This document shows positions 49,067 through 61,256 of a DNA stretch of 64,000 bases, piece after piece; position 1 is the first letter of the stretch, and every line of letters begins with the position of its first letter. Below the pieces are notes generated by a model, which saw nothing but the letters and a program-made list of their open reading frames with translations, had not been told where the DNA came from and ran no database searches. The stretch comes from Sarea resinae (taxonomy: Eukaryota): NCBI GenBank assembly GCA_026026165.1, contig JAPEUD010000024.1, positions 1-64,000 of the forward strand, in the 5' to 3' direction. The translations under genes were made by a program, and so were the position numbers.

Positions 49067-52000
49067 ATGTCTGCCTCATCGTCGATGATGCCGACCGCTA
49101 CAAGTGTTGGAAGTGCGATCAATGAAGGCTCCGGCAAAGGACAGACCAGCCAAGGTGTCTCTCTGGGCTCGTTCCTGGCATCCTTGGCTGTTGCTTTTGC
49201 CACGTTCGGTATTGAGTTTGTCTTGTTCGTCTTGATCAAAGGCAAATTATCCAGAATATAGTACGTCTCTCAATCCATGGAACACGTTCTTCGCTGATGG
49301 TCGTTGAAGTGCGCCGAGAACTTACCTTGTGCCGAAGAAAGAGCGTACCAAAGCTGCTCCTCCTGGCCTTCTAAACTGGATAGTTCCAATCTTCCAGACT
49401 TCAAATTCGGACTTCATCCGCAAGTGTGGGCTAGATGCCTACTTCTTTCTCCGCTACCTACGCACGCTGCTGAAGATCTTCATACCTCTTGCCATGATCA
49501 TCTTGCCGATATTGCTCCCAATCAATCACATCGGAGGCCGGGGAAGTCACTTTGCGACGGGAAAATACCAAAAGCAGGATAATGTCACTGGTCTGGATAC
49601 CTTTGCGTGGGGGAATGTGCGGCCAGACAAGACCTCACGGTACTGGGCCCACCTTGTACTTGCCGTCTTCGTGGTCGTATATGTCTGCTTTACCTTCTTT
49701 GACGAACTCAGAGGCTATATTCGACTGCGGCAAGCATACTTGACCTCGCCTCAGCATCGTCTACGCGCTTCGGCGACTACCGTGTTAGTAACGTCCATTC
49801 CAAGGAAATGGCTCTCCGTGGAGGCTCTTGACGGGCTTTATGATGTTTTCCCGGGCGGGCTTCGGAATATCTGGATCAATCGGGACTTTGACGAACTTAA
49901 CGACAAGGTCAAGTTACGCAATAAGCTAGCCAGATCTCTGGAGGCGGCAGAAACAAGCTTGATCAAAAAGGCCAAGAAGGCTCATATGAAAGAGTTGTCC
50001 AAGGAGGAGAAGGAGGCAAAGAAAGCCGGCAAGAAGCCATCCAAGCGCACCGCAGAAGAGCATCAGGGTCTTGACGGGACCACGGATGAAGGAGCTCCTG
50101 GGCCAGGTGTTAGCTCCGGAGATCCTCATCAAGTTCGCCATACGTTACATGAAGCACTACAAGAGTCATCAAGACCATCCTCAAGGAACGCTTCTCTGGA
50201 GCGATCTACAACTAAGCGTGGCGCTATACCACTCGCTGCTCAGGGCCTGGGGCTGGTTGGGCATGGGCTCGGAACGGTTGGACACACCGTAGTCGGAGGC
50301 GTGCGAAAAGTAGGGAAGGGTGTCGATAATCGACTACAGACAACTGGGGGTTTTGTGGTTGACGACGATGGAGAGGCACTGGTTGCTGACCAACGAGCTG
50401 GTGGCCCCAGTCTTGATCGAACTGGACCCAGCGGCACGACCGGAAACGGTCTCGGTGTTGATGGTGCTGGAGATGACAGGACTAACTATGCGCGTGGGAG
50501 ATCTACCGATTCCGATACTACAGTAGTACCGGATGGCAACCGCCGTCAAGGAATCAAAACAGCCACATCCGCAGGTCCAAAACCGTCTGAAGACGCTCAA
50601 GAAGCTCAGAGACGCCTGAGTGGGCCCTATAGTGGGCCTATCGACCCTCGGATCAATAACCCTCATCGAAGTCCCCCACATAGTGTTGAGAGAACTGTAT
50701 CGCAAGATGATCTGGGCCCGCCAGAGGCGAGCTGGATGTGGTGGAAGCGAAAGCGCAACACCATGGATATTCCTAGTCCAAGGCCGCTTGCCCACGAAGA
50801 CGACGAATACCCGCTCAGCACCATGAGCCCTGCCACTCCAGGCGCCAACGGCCAAGCGACGGTCAATAGCATCGACCGGAAGGCCTCTAAGAAGAGGAAG
50901 ATCAAAAATCCCCTGAAGAAGCATAAGGTGAAGGAGGGGGAGACGGAGGAAGGTCAACACTATCCTGCAGCCTTCAATGAAGACTACGACGATGAAGAAG
51001 ACGATGAGCCGCTGTGGAAGAAGTACGTCAAGGAGAAAGACCGCGAGACGTCACGTCTTCCCATCTTTGGGTGGCAATGGATGCCTGCACTTCCACTAAT
51101 GGGCAAGAAAGTCGACACCATAGACTATTGCCGGAGAGAATTGGCACGATTGAATGTGGAAATTGAGCAGGATCAACAGGAACCAGAAAAGTTTGCTTTA
51201 ATGAACTCTGCCTTTGTGCAATTCAATCACCAAGTGGCCGCGCACATGGCTTGCCAGTCTGTGAGCCACCATGTTCCACAGCAGATGGCTCCGCGCATGG
51301 TAGAGATTTCGCCCGACGACGTCCTATGGGAGAACATGTCGATCAAGTGGTGGGAGAGATATCTCAGGACGGGCATTGTCATAGCGCTTGTCGCACTCCT
51401 GATCATCGGATGGGCCTTCCCAGTCACCTTCACGGGTCTTCTCTCACAGGTCAAATATCTGACCACCCTTTGGCACTGGCTGCGTTGGATTGACGATCTT
51501 CCTTCATGGGTCATTTCACTCATTCAGGGTGTGTTGCCTCAGGCGCTCTTGGCTGCTCTCTTGGCAGTGCTTCCCGCTATTCTGCGATTGTTTGCTAAAC
51601 AGTCCGGAGTACATACGGGGATGGCGATGGAACTTGCTGTACAGGATTACTATTTTTTCTTCCTGTTCGTGCAGGTTTTCCTCGTCGTCTCCATCTCCTC
51701 TGGAATTACAACTGTCATCTCACAGCTTACCTCGAACGTCGGGTCTGTTCCCCAACTTCTCGCGAACAACCTCCCAAAAGCCAGCAACTACTTCTTTTCC
51801 TATCTGCTACTCCAAGCCTTTTCGGTCAGTGCTGGAGCGCTGGTGCAGATTGGTGGCCTGTTCTCCTGGTTCATTCTGGCTCCACTGCTCGATAATACGG
51901 CTCGGCAGAAATGGGCAAGACAGACAAATCTCCCGCAAATGCAATGGGGTACATTCTTCCCGGTCTATACCAATCTTGCAGCCATCGGTTTGATTTACTC

Positions 52001-53018
52001 CGTTATATCACCGTTGATGCTCGTATTCAATATCGTCACCTTCGGCCTGTTCTGGATCGTCTACCGATACAATACACTCTATGTGACCAAGTTTCGCTTC
52101 GACACCGGGGGGCTTTTGTTTCCCAAAGCTATCAATCAACTTTTCACCGGCCTCTATGTTATGGAACTATGCTTGATCGGTTTGTTCTTCCTCGTGAGAG
52201 ATGCCCAGGATCGAGTCGCTTGCAAAGCTCAAGCAATCGTTATGATCGTCGTGACCGTTGCGACGGTCCTCTATCAATACCTCCTCAACTCGGCCTTTAG
52301 TCCTCTGTTCCGATATCTACCCATCACTCTCGAAGATGAGGCGGTCAGACGCGACGAAGAGTTTGCAAGAGCCCAGGCCAAGCGGTTGAACGTTGTCGAA
52401 GATGAGGATGAAGGCGACAATATCCAAGGTGTCCTCGAAGAGCGAGAACGCCGTTCGCAAGAAGAAGATCGTCAAGTCGAAGAACTCGAGATGAAAGTCA
52501 TCGAGACGGGAAACGTCCATCATAGGCTCGATCCTCGCGCCTTGGGTAAAATCGTCCCCCGCAAAAACTGGGCGGACCGCTCCAGCAATCATCGATCTAC
52601 AGACTTTGGCCACTACTCGCCCCACCCGTCGACCCAGAACGTCGACCGCCAGAACGACTTGACCGCCCACGACCAGATAAGCAAACATCACTCGGACCTC
52701 GAAGCACAACGCACGCCCAATCCCGTCGCCGACGCCCTCTTCTCCGGCATCAACGACGAGATCGAAGACCTGACGCCCGAAGAGCGCGACAAGCTGGTGC
52801 AGCGCGCCTTCCAGCACGAGGCCCTGCGTGCCAAACGACCCGTCATCTGGATCCCCCGGGATGAGCTGGGCGTGTCGGATGATGAGATCTACCGCACCCA
52901 GCGATTTAGCAAGCACGTCTGGATCAGTAACGCGTACACGGGACTCGATCGCAAGGGAAGGGTGGTCTATCGTCGCAGTCCGCCTGATTTCTCCGAGGTC
53001 GATCTAATTGAGCTGTAG
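49067..53018 (+). CDS. CSC1/OSCA/TMEM63-family (DUF221, RSN1-like) calcium-permeable stress-gated channel
   Basis: Exon 1 TM0 plus intron 49261-49309 giving RIYAPRT; GLDAYFFLRYLR; TTVLVTSIP; VDTIDYCR; SAFVQF; PDDVLWEN; LANNLPKASNYF; IGLIYSVISP; DTGGLLFPKAINQLFTGLY; PVIWIPRDELGVS. Confidence 0.96.
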
Positions 53019-53339
53019 TGGGGTTTTCTTTTGTCATGATGCTGGATAGGGTTGGTTGGGAAGGAGAGGGGGGCGCTGGCGACGCCGATGTCTCTGGTTT
53101 GGATAAGCTGCGCTCCGCTCGGAGCTAGGGATACCTTTTGCCACGGTCGTCAAGCGATACAGGGTTTCGTTTTTCCCCCCAGATACTGTGCCTCTCGCAG
53201 TATGCATTTGTGCGTTCACGCATTCACGCACGCATACAGGGGTGTTTCTCGTAATTGAAGCGTGGGCGTCTGGCGTTGGTGTAATAGATCGACTGGTCAA
53301 TTGATTGGCTGATCAATTCATTGGTGGGCGGCGCAAAGA

Positions 53340-53363
53340 GCAAGCAAGCAAGCAAGCAAGCAA
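53340..53363. repeat. (GCAA)6 microsatellite
   Basis: Directly visible. Confidence 0.9.
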
Positions 53364-53585
53364 AGAATGCGTGCCCTTTTTCTTTCTTTACTCTTTTAGA
53401 TAATGACGAGCGTTACGATACCAGCTTTCTTTCTCAAGCTATCTCTTTCATCCTCTTTGCCTGTCGTTGTGTAGGTTGTGTAGGTTGTAATTGTGATTGA
53501 GGTTGAGAAATGAGAGTTGAGAATTGAGCATTGAGTGACGGTTGGAAGGTGGCTAGACCTATTCTGGTGGGAGGCAGTCATCGAA

Positions 53586-53588
<3 letters not shown>

Positions 53589-53645
<57 letters not shown>
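53589..53645. repeat. (GAAA)n microsatellite, ~14 units
   Basis: Directly visible. Confidence 0.95.
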
Positions 53646-53646
<1 letters not shown>

Positions 53647-53984
53647 ATGAGAGATCTTTCAATGAGTAATGCGTAATTAGTTCATTACCCAGCCCACCAG
53701 CCAATCAATCAATCAACTAATCGACCACTCAATTAGCCCATCGGAAATGAAGAGGCTGAATGAATGGACGAATGAATGAATGGATGGATGGATGAATGAA
53801 TCTTTTTCTGTTTGGCAATGTGCGCGTGTGACGGGATCAGTGTGGGATTCGTGAACATGGGATTCAGGGAAGTTGGGATTACTATGGTAAAGGGTTTGCG
53901 GGGATAGATGGAGATAGGTGGGAGTTGACGGAGTTGACGGAGTTTGACGGACTTGTCGAGATTCGAGGGGATTGGGATCTAGAA

Positions 53985-54182
53985 TTAGAGAGAAGAGTAG
54001 AGGGGATAAAGAGAGAGGAAAGAGCAAGAAGTAGCAAGAAGAGAAGAGAAGAGAAGAGACGTCGAGAGGAGAAGTGAGAGATAGGGAGAAGAGGGGAGAT
54101 AAGGAGATGAGAAGAGCAGAGGAGATGAGAGGGGAGATGAGAAGATGGGAGGAGATGAGGAGAGAGGAGGGGAGAGATGGAA
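53985..54182. repeat. polypurine GA-rich low-complexity tract
   Basis: About 200 nt almost entirely A/G, with GAAGA and GGAGATGA units. Confidence 0.85.
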
Positions 54183-55019
54183 TCCTCGTGACTGATCACT
54201 CATTCTCTTCGTTCCTTATCCGTCACCTTACTTGTTATCATCACTATTAACATTATTAAGGTTAAGATTAAGATTAGAATCAAGAGCACAAGGAGCGCCG
54301 CTATAGTTACTCTCTTACTCTATTACCCTATTACTATCTTGTTATATCTAGGAGGATAAAGAGGTATAACCCCGGCTGAGCCGGACGAGGCAGACGAGAG
54401 CGGGTTATATATCTGTATATATATACTAGGAGGAGTAGTCTTTTTTGGGCGTATAGAGAGTAGAGAGCCTGGAGTGGAGGGATGGGTTTGGCCTGTGTGT
54501 TTGTTTGCTTGGTTATTAGGCTGGGTCTTGTGGAGATGGTTTGGTGGGTTGGTGGGTAGGGGGGATAGGGAGATAGGTGGATGGGTGGATGTGTGGATTG
54601 GTGGATTGGTGGGTGGATAGGCGGTTTAAGAGACATTTAAAAGAAGGCCAGATAGAGAAACAGATAGAGAGAGACACACATAGGTAGTCAGTCAGGGAGG
54701 AGCCTTCAGGCCTTCTATCTATATGAGTACGCTATAGCGATCACTGCTTTCGAGGTCCGTAAGACTTACATGTTGTCCTTTCAAACATCAAAAACCAAGA
54801 AAAACCAAAAGGAAAGGTAAGATAGGGGAGGTAAGGAAGGAAGCGTAAGGAAAGGTAAGAGGACAAGACAAGAGATGGGAACGAGTTGTGGATCTGTTGG
54901 GGCAGAAGGAGGGAGAAGTGTTGAGTGGATGGACGGAAGCGAAAGGATGCTGGGGGGAAGAGGGCTTGATGATGGGAAGGGTTTGGGTGGTGAGTGGGTG
55001 GGTTGGTAGGTTGGTAGGT

Positions 55020-55021
<2 letters not shown>

Positions 55022-55071
<50 letters not shown>
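55022..55071. repeat. (GT)25 microsatellite
   Basis: Directly visible. Confidence 0.95.
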
Positions 55072-55072
<1 letters not shown>

Positions 55073-55295
55073 AGAGGCAGATAAATACAGATAGAGGGGA
55101 CGAGAGAAAGAGGGAAAGAGAGAGAAAAGGACAGAAAGAAAGAACGCCTTCCCGCTTCCCCTATTCCATCACTTGACTCTCTTACTTACCACCCAAATAT
55201 AGGACGGATCCATTTGATCCATCGCTCCCGGAATGTCGTCTAGTGCGAATGTATACCTTAGACTCAGCTTAATAGCTGAAACATATTTCATAAGC

Positions 55296-57386
55296 CTAGC
55301 ATAGTAGTACCAGAGCCGTGGCTGGAGTCGTGCGAGTCGTGCGAGGCGTTGAGGAGCTGGAGCGGGAATTGGGGGGAGAGGCAGATGTAGAGGGAGAGCC
55401 AGGAATTGCACTGGTCTGGTAATAGCGAGCTCGATTTCGAGATTGAGCTCGAAGTCTAGCCCGCCGAGAGCGTTGTCCACGATCAAAGTCCACCGGTGGA
55501 GGCTTGAGCAGACCCGGATTCTCCATAGCGCGAGCGCCGGCCTTGCTGTTACTGGCAGCCCCGGCCCGGGCTCCAGCTACTGGCCCAGAATCATCAGCAG
55601 GACGGATAGCACCGAGTTTTAGGGTCGGAGCTGTGGGTGTCAGGGGCGTGGGGGGTGTTAGTGATATTCTGGGGATGGAGGAGGGCGTGGTGGGAGGGGT
55701 GATCTTGATCTTGGCTTTGAAGCCTGTGCTGTTTTTAGAGATTGTGCTTGTGGCTGTTGCGTTGGTGTTGCCTGAGCTGCTGCTGTTCGAGGCTAGGCTT
55801 GACTGCGAAGACGGATGCGAGCTCGACGACGAAGACGAAGGAACAGAAGACTTGGTCGAAGATGAACATGAAGACGAAGACGAAGACGAAGACGAAGATG
55901 AGAAAGAAATACGCTGTGAAGCGTTTTCAGTAGGCGAGCTGGAGGCTAATGAGCGAAAAGGACGAGACAAACCCCGCGAACAAGACGGCCACCATGAACG
56001 CAGCGAGAACAATGGCTTCAAAGAAGACAAGTAGCTCAATGAGCGCTCGGAGCGTAAGCGTGAGAGCCGCCCATGGCCACCGCTGATGCCTTTGCTTCGG
56101 CGTATCCCTTTGTGCAGGACGGCGAGCCTGCTGGATTTCTGATACACGGTCTTAGCATTCGGGTCGGGTGAGATGTATATTGCAGTAGTCATATGGATCA
56201 CTTCAGGGACATGACTGCGGGGACTCGATCGAGCCAATGGCTCGATTGTTGCTAAAGGCAAAGGCAAGGCCGTGGTATCCGTGCCCCCTTCTCGAGCAGG
56301 AAATAGAGGAAGAGGGTTAGAAATAGGGGTACGGACGGCCTCGGTGGACGCCCTGTCCATATACCGTTGTTGGTTGCTGCGCCGGGTCTGAGGCCGTGGT
56401 GTGGAGATGGGTGTGGTGGCCGCTGAACCAGCCGAGGGCTTCCGAGGCTTGGGAGCAATGATGGGTACTGCTGCAACGATGAGCGTGGGCGTAATGGTGG
56501 GTGTTACAGGAATAATCGCCGTACTGACGTGGGCGTGATCCCGCGACTTGTTGCTGCGCTTGGGTTGTCCAATCGGCGTAATGACGGCTAGGCCAGCCAT
56601 GGCCGTCTGAGTTGACGTCGCTGCAGAAGACGAAGGAGAGGGAGAATTAGGGGCAGGAGTAGGGGCAGTGACTTGAACCGGATCAAGATGAGTGGGTGGC
56701 GAGGAAAGAGTAGAGGCAGTGACGGGAGCAGGACCATAGATCGGACTACACACACAAGGTGCCACGCAATCCTGGAAACAGCCCTTTCCACCCCCGGCTG
56801 CCAAAACATCAACTACTTCGCCCTTCAAAGTTTGTACCTCATGCTTCCAAACAACACCGTGCTCCCAGTCGGCGTGGTCGAATTTATTGTTCCACTCTCG
56901 ACTCTGGGCCTTCACTTGACACGGCTCCGCTGTCTGGCACACGGGCAATGTACCACTACCTGGCATACAGTAATATAGAGATGGATCACTGGAGCAGTAA
57001 TGCTGGTCGTCGATTAGACATCGAGCCATGATCCCGGCCTGGTAGGTCGAGCCACACATATGGCAGGTCCATTTATGATTACACGGTGGAGCCGATAGAG
57101 TTGACAGAGGTATAGACTGACTTACAGGTGGTGATGGCAGCGGGGTGGTGTTAGTCAAACAGTTGGCCGGGTCGAAACGAAGGTGCTCCGCGATGCCGAA
57201 GAAAGGGGCTGGTGTTGAACGACTATTAGGCGGCGTAGGTGGGTAGAGCGGTCCGAGGTTCTCGTGCCCCTTGACCTCCGGAGAGGCGTTGTAGGTCAGC
57301 CCAAGCCCTTCGAGACGTTCCCGTTCATGGAAAATGGTGTTGAGGGAATCAATGGCGTTGGCGAACCGAAGAGCCAGTTTCGTCAT
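55296..57386 (-). CDS. hypothetical 696-aa protein: N-terminal Cys/His cluster, long Pro/Ser/Thr low-complexity tail
   Basis: Uninterrupted 2.1-kb ORF. WTCHMCGSTY...ARCLIDDQHYC...C...FDHADW...W...CFQDCVAPCVC resembles an uncharacterised fungal putative zinc-binding motif. Poly-Ser encoded by (TCTTCG)n. Confidence 0.65.
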   Translation of the reverse strand: MTKLALRFANAIDSLNTIFHERERLEGLGLTYNASPEVKGHENLGPLYPPTPPNSRSTPAPFFGIAEHLRFDPANCLTNTTPLPSPPVSQSIPLSTLSAPPCNHKWTCHMCGSTYQAGIMARCLIDDQHYCSSDPSLYYCMPGSGTLPVCQTAEPCQVKAQSREWNNKFDHADWEHGVVWKHEVQTLKGEVVDVLAAGGGKGCFQDCVAPCVCSPIYGPAPVTASTLSSPPTHLDPVQVTAPTPAPNSPSPSSSAATSTQTAMAGLAVITPIGQPKRSNKSRDHAHVSTAIIPVTPTITPTLIVAAVPIIAPKPRKPSAGSAATTPISTPRPQTRRSNQQRYMDRASTEAVRTPISNPLPLFPAREGGTDTTALPLPLATIEPLARSSPRSHVPEVIHMTTAIYISPDPNAKTVYQKSSRLAVLHKGIRRSKGISGGHGRLSRLRSERSLSYLSSLKPLFSLRSWWPSCSRGLSRPFRSLASSSPTENASQRISFSSSSSSSSSSSCSSSTKSSVPSSSSSSSHPSSQSSLASNSSSSGNTNATATSTISKNSTGFKAKIKITPPTTPSSIPRISLTPPTPLTPTAPTLKLGAIRPADDSGPVAGARAGAASNSKAGARAMENPGLLKPPPVDFDRGQRSRRARLRAQSRNRARYYQTSAIPGSPSTSASPPNSRSSSSTPRTTRTTPATALVLLC

Positions 57387-58606
57387 GTTGCCTGCCTATC
57401 AGCTTGGACGGTGAAATACTGAGAAGAGTAGGCAATCAATTCCGCTGATAATAGAAAGTCTCCTGCAGCTGCAGCAACAGTACCAATGGAAAGAAACGAG
57501 AAGGCAAAAAAGACAACTGAAAAAATGAGGGGAAAGAAACGAAGACACTCAGCTTGGATTAGATCAGCTTGACTTCGGTTTTCTTCACAACTTAGCACAA
57601 CTAGATTGTCAGTAAACTCTTTAGTCAATACAGAATCCAAGATCTGACGAAACCGAGATGGCAAACGAAGGCGTCGAGGAAAGGAGACGCTGGAGTACAC
57701 GAGGAGCAAGAAAGAAGAGTGTAGAATACGCGGAGAAGGGATGCTTATATAGATCCACTTCCCACGACTTCGACGGGTACATGAATGTGATGGTTGAAGT
57801 GTTCAGTCTCGACATCTCTGTTCTCGACGTGTATGTCCCGGACAAGAACAAGAAGACAGCAGTTTGTGATCTCAACACTAGTAGTCGGACCTATGTTCAG
57901 CATCGTCAACCCCTAAATTTCTTCGTTCCTTTGTCTTGCCCTTGCTGTTTATGAATTCTTTTGTCAGAGACACTAGACAAGTCTGGGGTCAGTACTGAAA
58001 GTGCAAAGGGTCAAAACGAGCCCCTGTCATCATCGTGTTTCGTCTTTTCAAGACAGTCGCGGAACAGTGAAACCAACAGACGCAAAACCTCAACCCAGTT
58101 TCCTTCCATCTCGCCACCTGCTTCCATCATCTCAACATCACAGTGACACTCCCACAGTGCAGTGCTGTAAGAAGAATCAGGGTTTTCGAAAACAAGAAAA
58201 GACCTAGATTCCCTAGATCCGCACGGTAAAGACTCGATTTGGATGAAGTGTACTGGATGGTAGCTCACGGACCAAGTACAAAATACCTAGCTAGGCACGG
58301 TAGAATGATCAGGTCATCACCTTCATGGCACTCTCCCGACGGTTTGACGATCGTTACATTACTTTCGAAGAATCTTGGTTCTAGATCTAAATCTTGTGAT
58401 GATGGAACAGATATGAAAGATAGAGTGTAGAATCAGACCTTCCTGACTGGATAGGTGAGTATGTAATACATAGGTAGGTAGATCAATCACGGCCAATTCA
58501 ACCCAGCTCAGTCCCATTTGATCCCGACTCCGCCCGGCTCCTGGATATTTTGTGACATTACTCCAACCCGAAAACGATAATTTGACACCGAGTATGACGA
58601 ACAGAT

Positions 58607-60402
58607 CTATATGTGTGCCGCTCCCGTATCCTCCTCGGCGGCGTCCTTTTCGGCTTGGATACCGTGACGATCACCAGCGACACCCGTATGCTGGTGACCC
58701 GAGCTGCTGTCCGAGGGGCTGCGGCCTTCGAGCATCTCACTATGTTCCTGGATGCCGTGACGGTCGCCCATGGGGATCTGGTGATCGCCCTTTTGAGGCT
58801 CGTGCGAGGCGGGCGTCCATGCGAGGTAGTCGCGGCGCACTTCGACGTAGTCATATGCAAACTCGCCTGTGATGACGAATCATTAGTATTGCTGGGACAA
58901 TGTTGGGACATTGAAACATACCGAGTTGGTCGTCATCCATGCCGAGCAGTTCAGCCTCTTCAGAAGCTCTCAGATGCAGGCCCGGGATGAGGTTGATTAG
59001 GAAAGCGAGGATGGCGCTAACGGTGAATGCATAGCCGGTAACGGCGAGAATGTATGCTATTTGCACATACAATTGCCTGTAGTGATGTTCGATCCAACCG
59101 CCGGGGATAGTTCCGACGTTGACCCCGTCGAGGCCAATGATATATTCAGCGCTGAAGATGGCATTGGCGAGAAGTCCGAGCATGCCAGCAACGCCGTGTT
59201 CGGCGAACACATCCATAGCGTCATCGATTTTGATCCAGAATTTGACTTAAAGAAATGAGTCAGTGAGCCAAGAAAGAGAACTTGAGGAACTCACTCTTGG
59301 TTGCAAAATTGCAAGTGATACCCGTCACGATTCCAAGGACCACACTCGCCCAAGGAGTGATGAAACCCGAAGCAGGCGTGGCAGCCACAAGACCCGAGAT
59401 GCACCCAGAGCACCAGCCGACCATGGACCACTTTCGAGCAAGTCTCCAATCGAGTAACACCCAAGTGATTGCCGCAAACATGGCGGTCAAGTTCGAGTTC
59501 CAGCACGCCATCGTCGCCCGAAGATTGGCTCCGAAGGAAGAGCCACCGTTGAAGCCTAGCCATCCGAACCATAGGAAAACGGTTCCAAGCGTGATGAGGG
59601 AAACATTATGAGGTCGAAAATTGAGCATCATCTTCTCCTGTCGTCGGCCCAAAACCATGGAATATGCCAATGCGGACATGCCCGATGCAATCTCGACGGG
59701 CCCACCTCCAGCATAGTCGTTGACACCATACTTAAACGCCCATCCATTTATATTCCATGCCCAGCAGGCGATCGGACAGTAGACAAGGGTGGCCCAACAG
59801 AAAGTGAAGACCATGGCCGGGATCAATCGGCCTCGCTCGGCGACCGCTCCCATGACAATGGCGGCTGTTGTGGCGCAGAATTGCATCTGCCCAATATTAG
59901 CTTTGATAGATCAATAAGGAACAACGACCCTCACCTGATAAAAGCTGTATAGAAGTTCCGGAATCAACGGACTACCGGGACTCGGGACGGCCAAAGTATG
60001 GAGGAGACCAAAGTGCGTCAAATCTCCGATGAAGCCGTTCGTCGCCGTGTCGCTGAAAGCCAAAGAATAACCCCAGAAATACCATTGGAAGGTGATGATC
60101 GAAAAAGAGCCCATGCAAGCCCATATCATGCTCAGAGCCGATTTTCTGCGTGCCAGACCGGAATAGAGGAAACCAAGACCCGGAATCATGACCAGCACCA
60201 TGGCCGAGGCCACGATGATATACGCTTGATCTCCCGACTGATACCATTGGTTCAGATTTTGGGTGTCTGCATTACACGTTCAGCAGGATGCTCAATTGAC
60301 GGGCAAAACCCCCAATTGTGCTCAGGTGGACTCACGGGAATTGCCACCATCGGGCGACGTCCCGTTGAACGGGGTCGGCGCCCCGACGAATGCATAGGAC
60401 AT
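58607..60402 (-). CDS. mep: ammonium transporter, Amt/Mep family (Mep1/Mep3/MeaA-like)
   Basis: MSYAFVGAPTPFNGT...NLNQWYQSGDQAY; MIPGLGFLYSGLARRK; GAVAERGR; DYAGGGPVE; FRPHN; LWFGWLGFNGGS; GLVAATPASG; DVFAEHGVAG; LRASEEAELLGMDDDQLGEFAYDYVEVRR. Four introns; last exon ends at 58607. Confidence 0.97.
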
Positions 60403-61207
60403 GCTGGGCTATATTTTTCGTCGACGACCACGTTAAACTCGCCTGCGAGTTTTGTATCGCGTTCGGGTCAAGTTGCCGATTTCGTCGGCGGGGCACGAAG
60501 TAGAGGACTTTCAGTGCGCTCACCGGATCGGTCTATGAGGTTGAAAGCTGGAGACCAACGAACGTCTTCTTTCAAGAATGGTAGGAAATAGATTTGCACG
60601 AGATAGAGAGAGAGAGGTGATATGAGAGAAAAACGATCCGGAAGGAGAGAGACGGTCTGATACAAATAGAGGCGGGCGGGCGTGGAGAGGAAATAGTCGT
60701 AGCAGAGCAGAGCAGAGCTACCCACCACTAATGCTGAAGGTAATACCAGGCCGGACGAGGATCTGCCCACACCACCACGAAGAGCGCAGAGGACCCCAAA
60801 GAGTGCTTAGGCCGTCGGGTTAGTACGAGCAGCTACGGGCCTGCTACGGGACAGCTAAGAAAAGACTGAGGCGAGTACTTCTCACCTTGCCGCGTTGAAA
60901 TGTACGCCTTACTATGAGTACAGTCCGCGACGGGACCTCACCAAATGAATCACAGGAATAAGTAATGTGTGGGGTTGATCGGGCTGGGTCTGCAGAGGTC
61001 TGCAGAGACCTGGGAGAGATCTCCGGCAATGCACCCCCTCCCGCGGACCGTGGACCGTAGACCAAATGCCCTGGACCAGCATGAAAAGTAGGTCAGGTCA
61101 GGTCCGCGGCCTTGTCTCTACTCCAGAGTACTCCGTATGCAGCACCTGTCAGAGATTTACTGGAGTGAGATTTGCTTTTTCGCTTGGCGGAGAAGGAGTC
61201 AGCTCAG

Positions 61208-61256
<49 letters not shown>
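61208..61256. repeat. (TTGA)n microsatellite, ~12 units
   Basis: Directly visible. Confidence 0.95.

Noticed and set aside
58175..58322. Second C/D snoRNA candidate on the minus strand (GTGATGA plus 11-nt match to 25S CACGGACCAAG)
   Set aside because: The match is not correctly placed before a D/D' box, box D is far away, and an 11-nt rRNA match is expected by chance.
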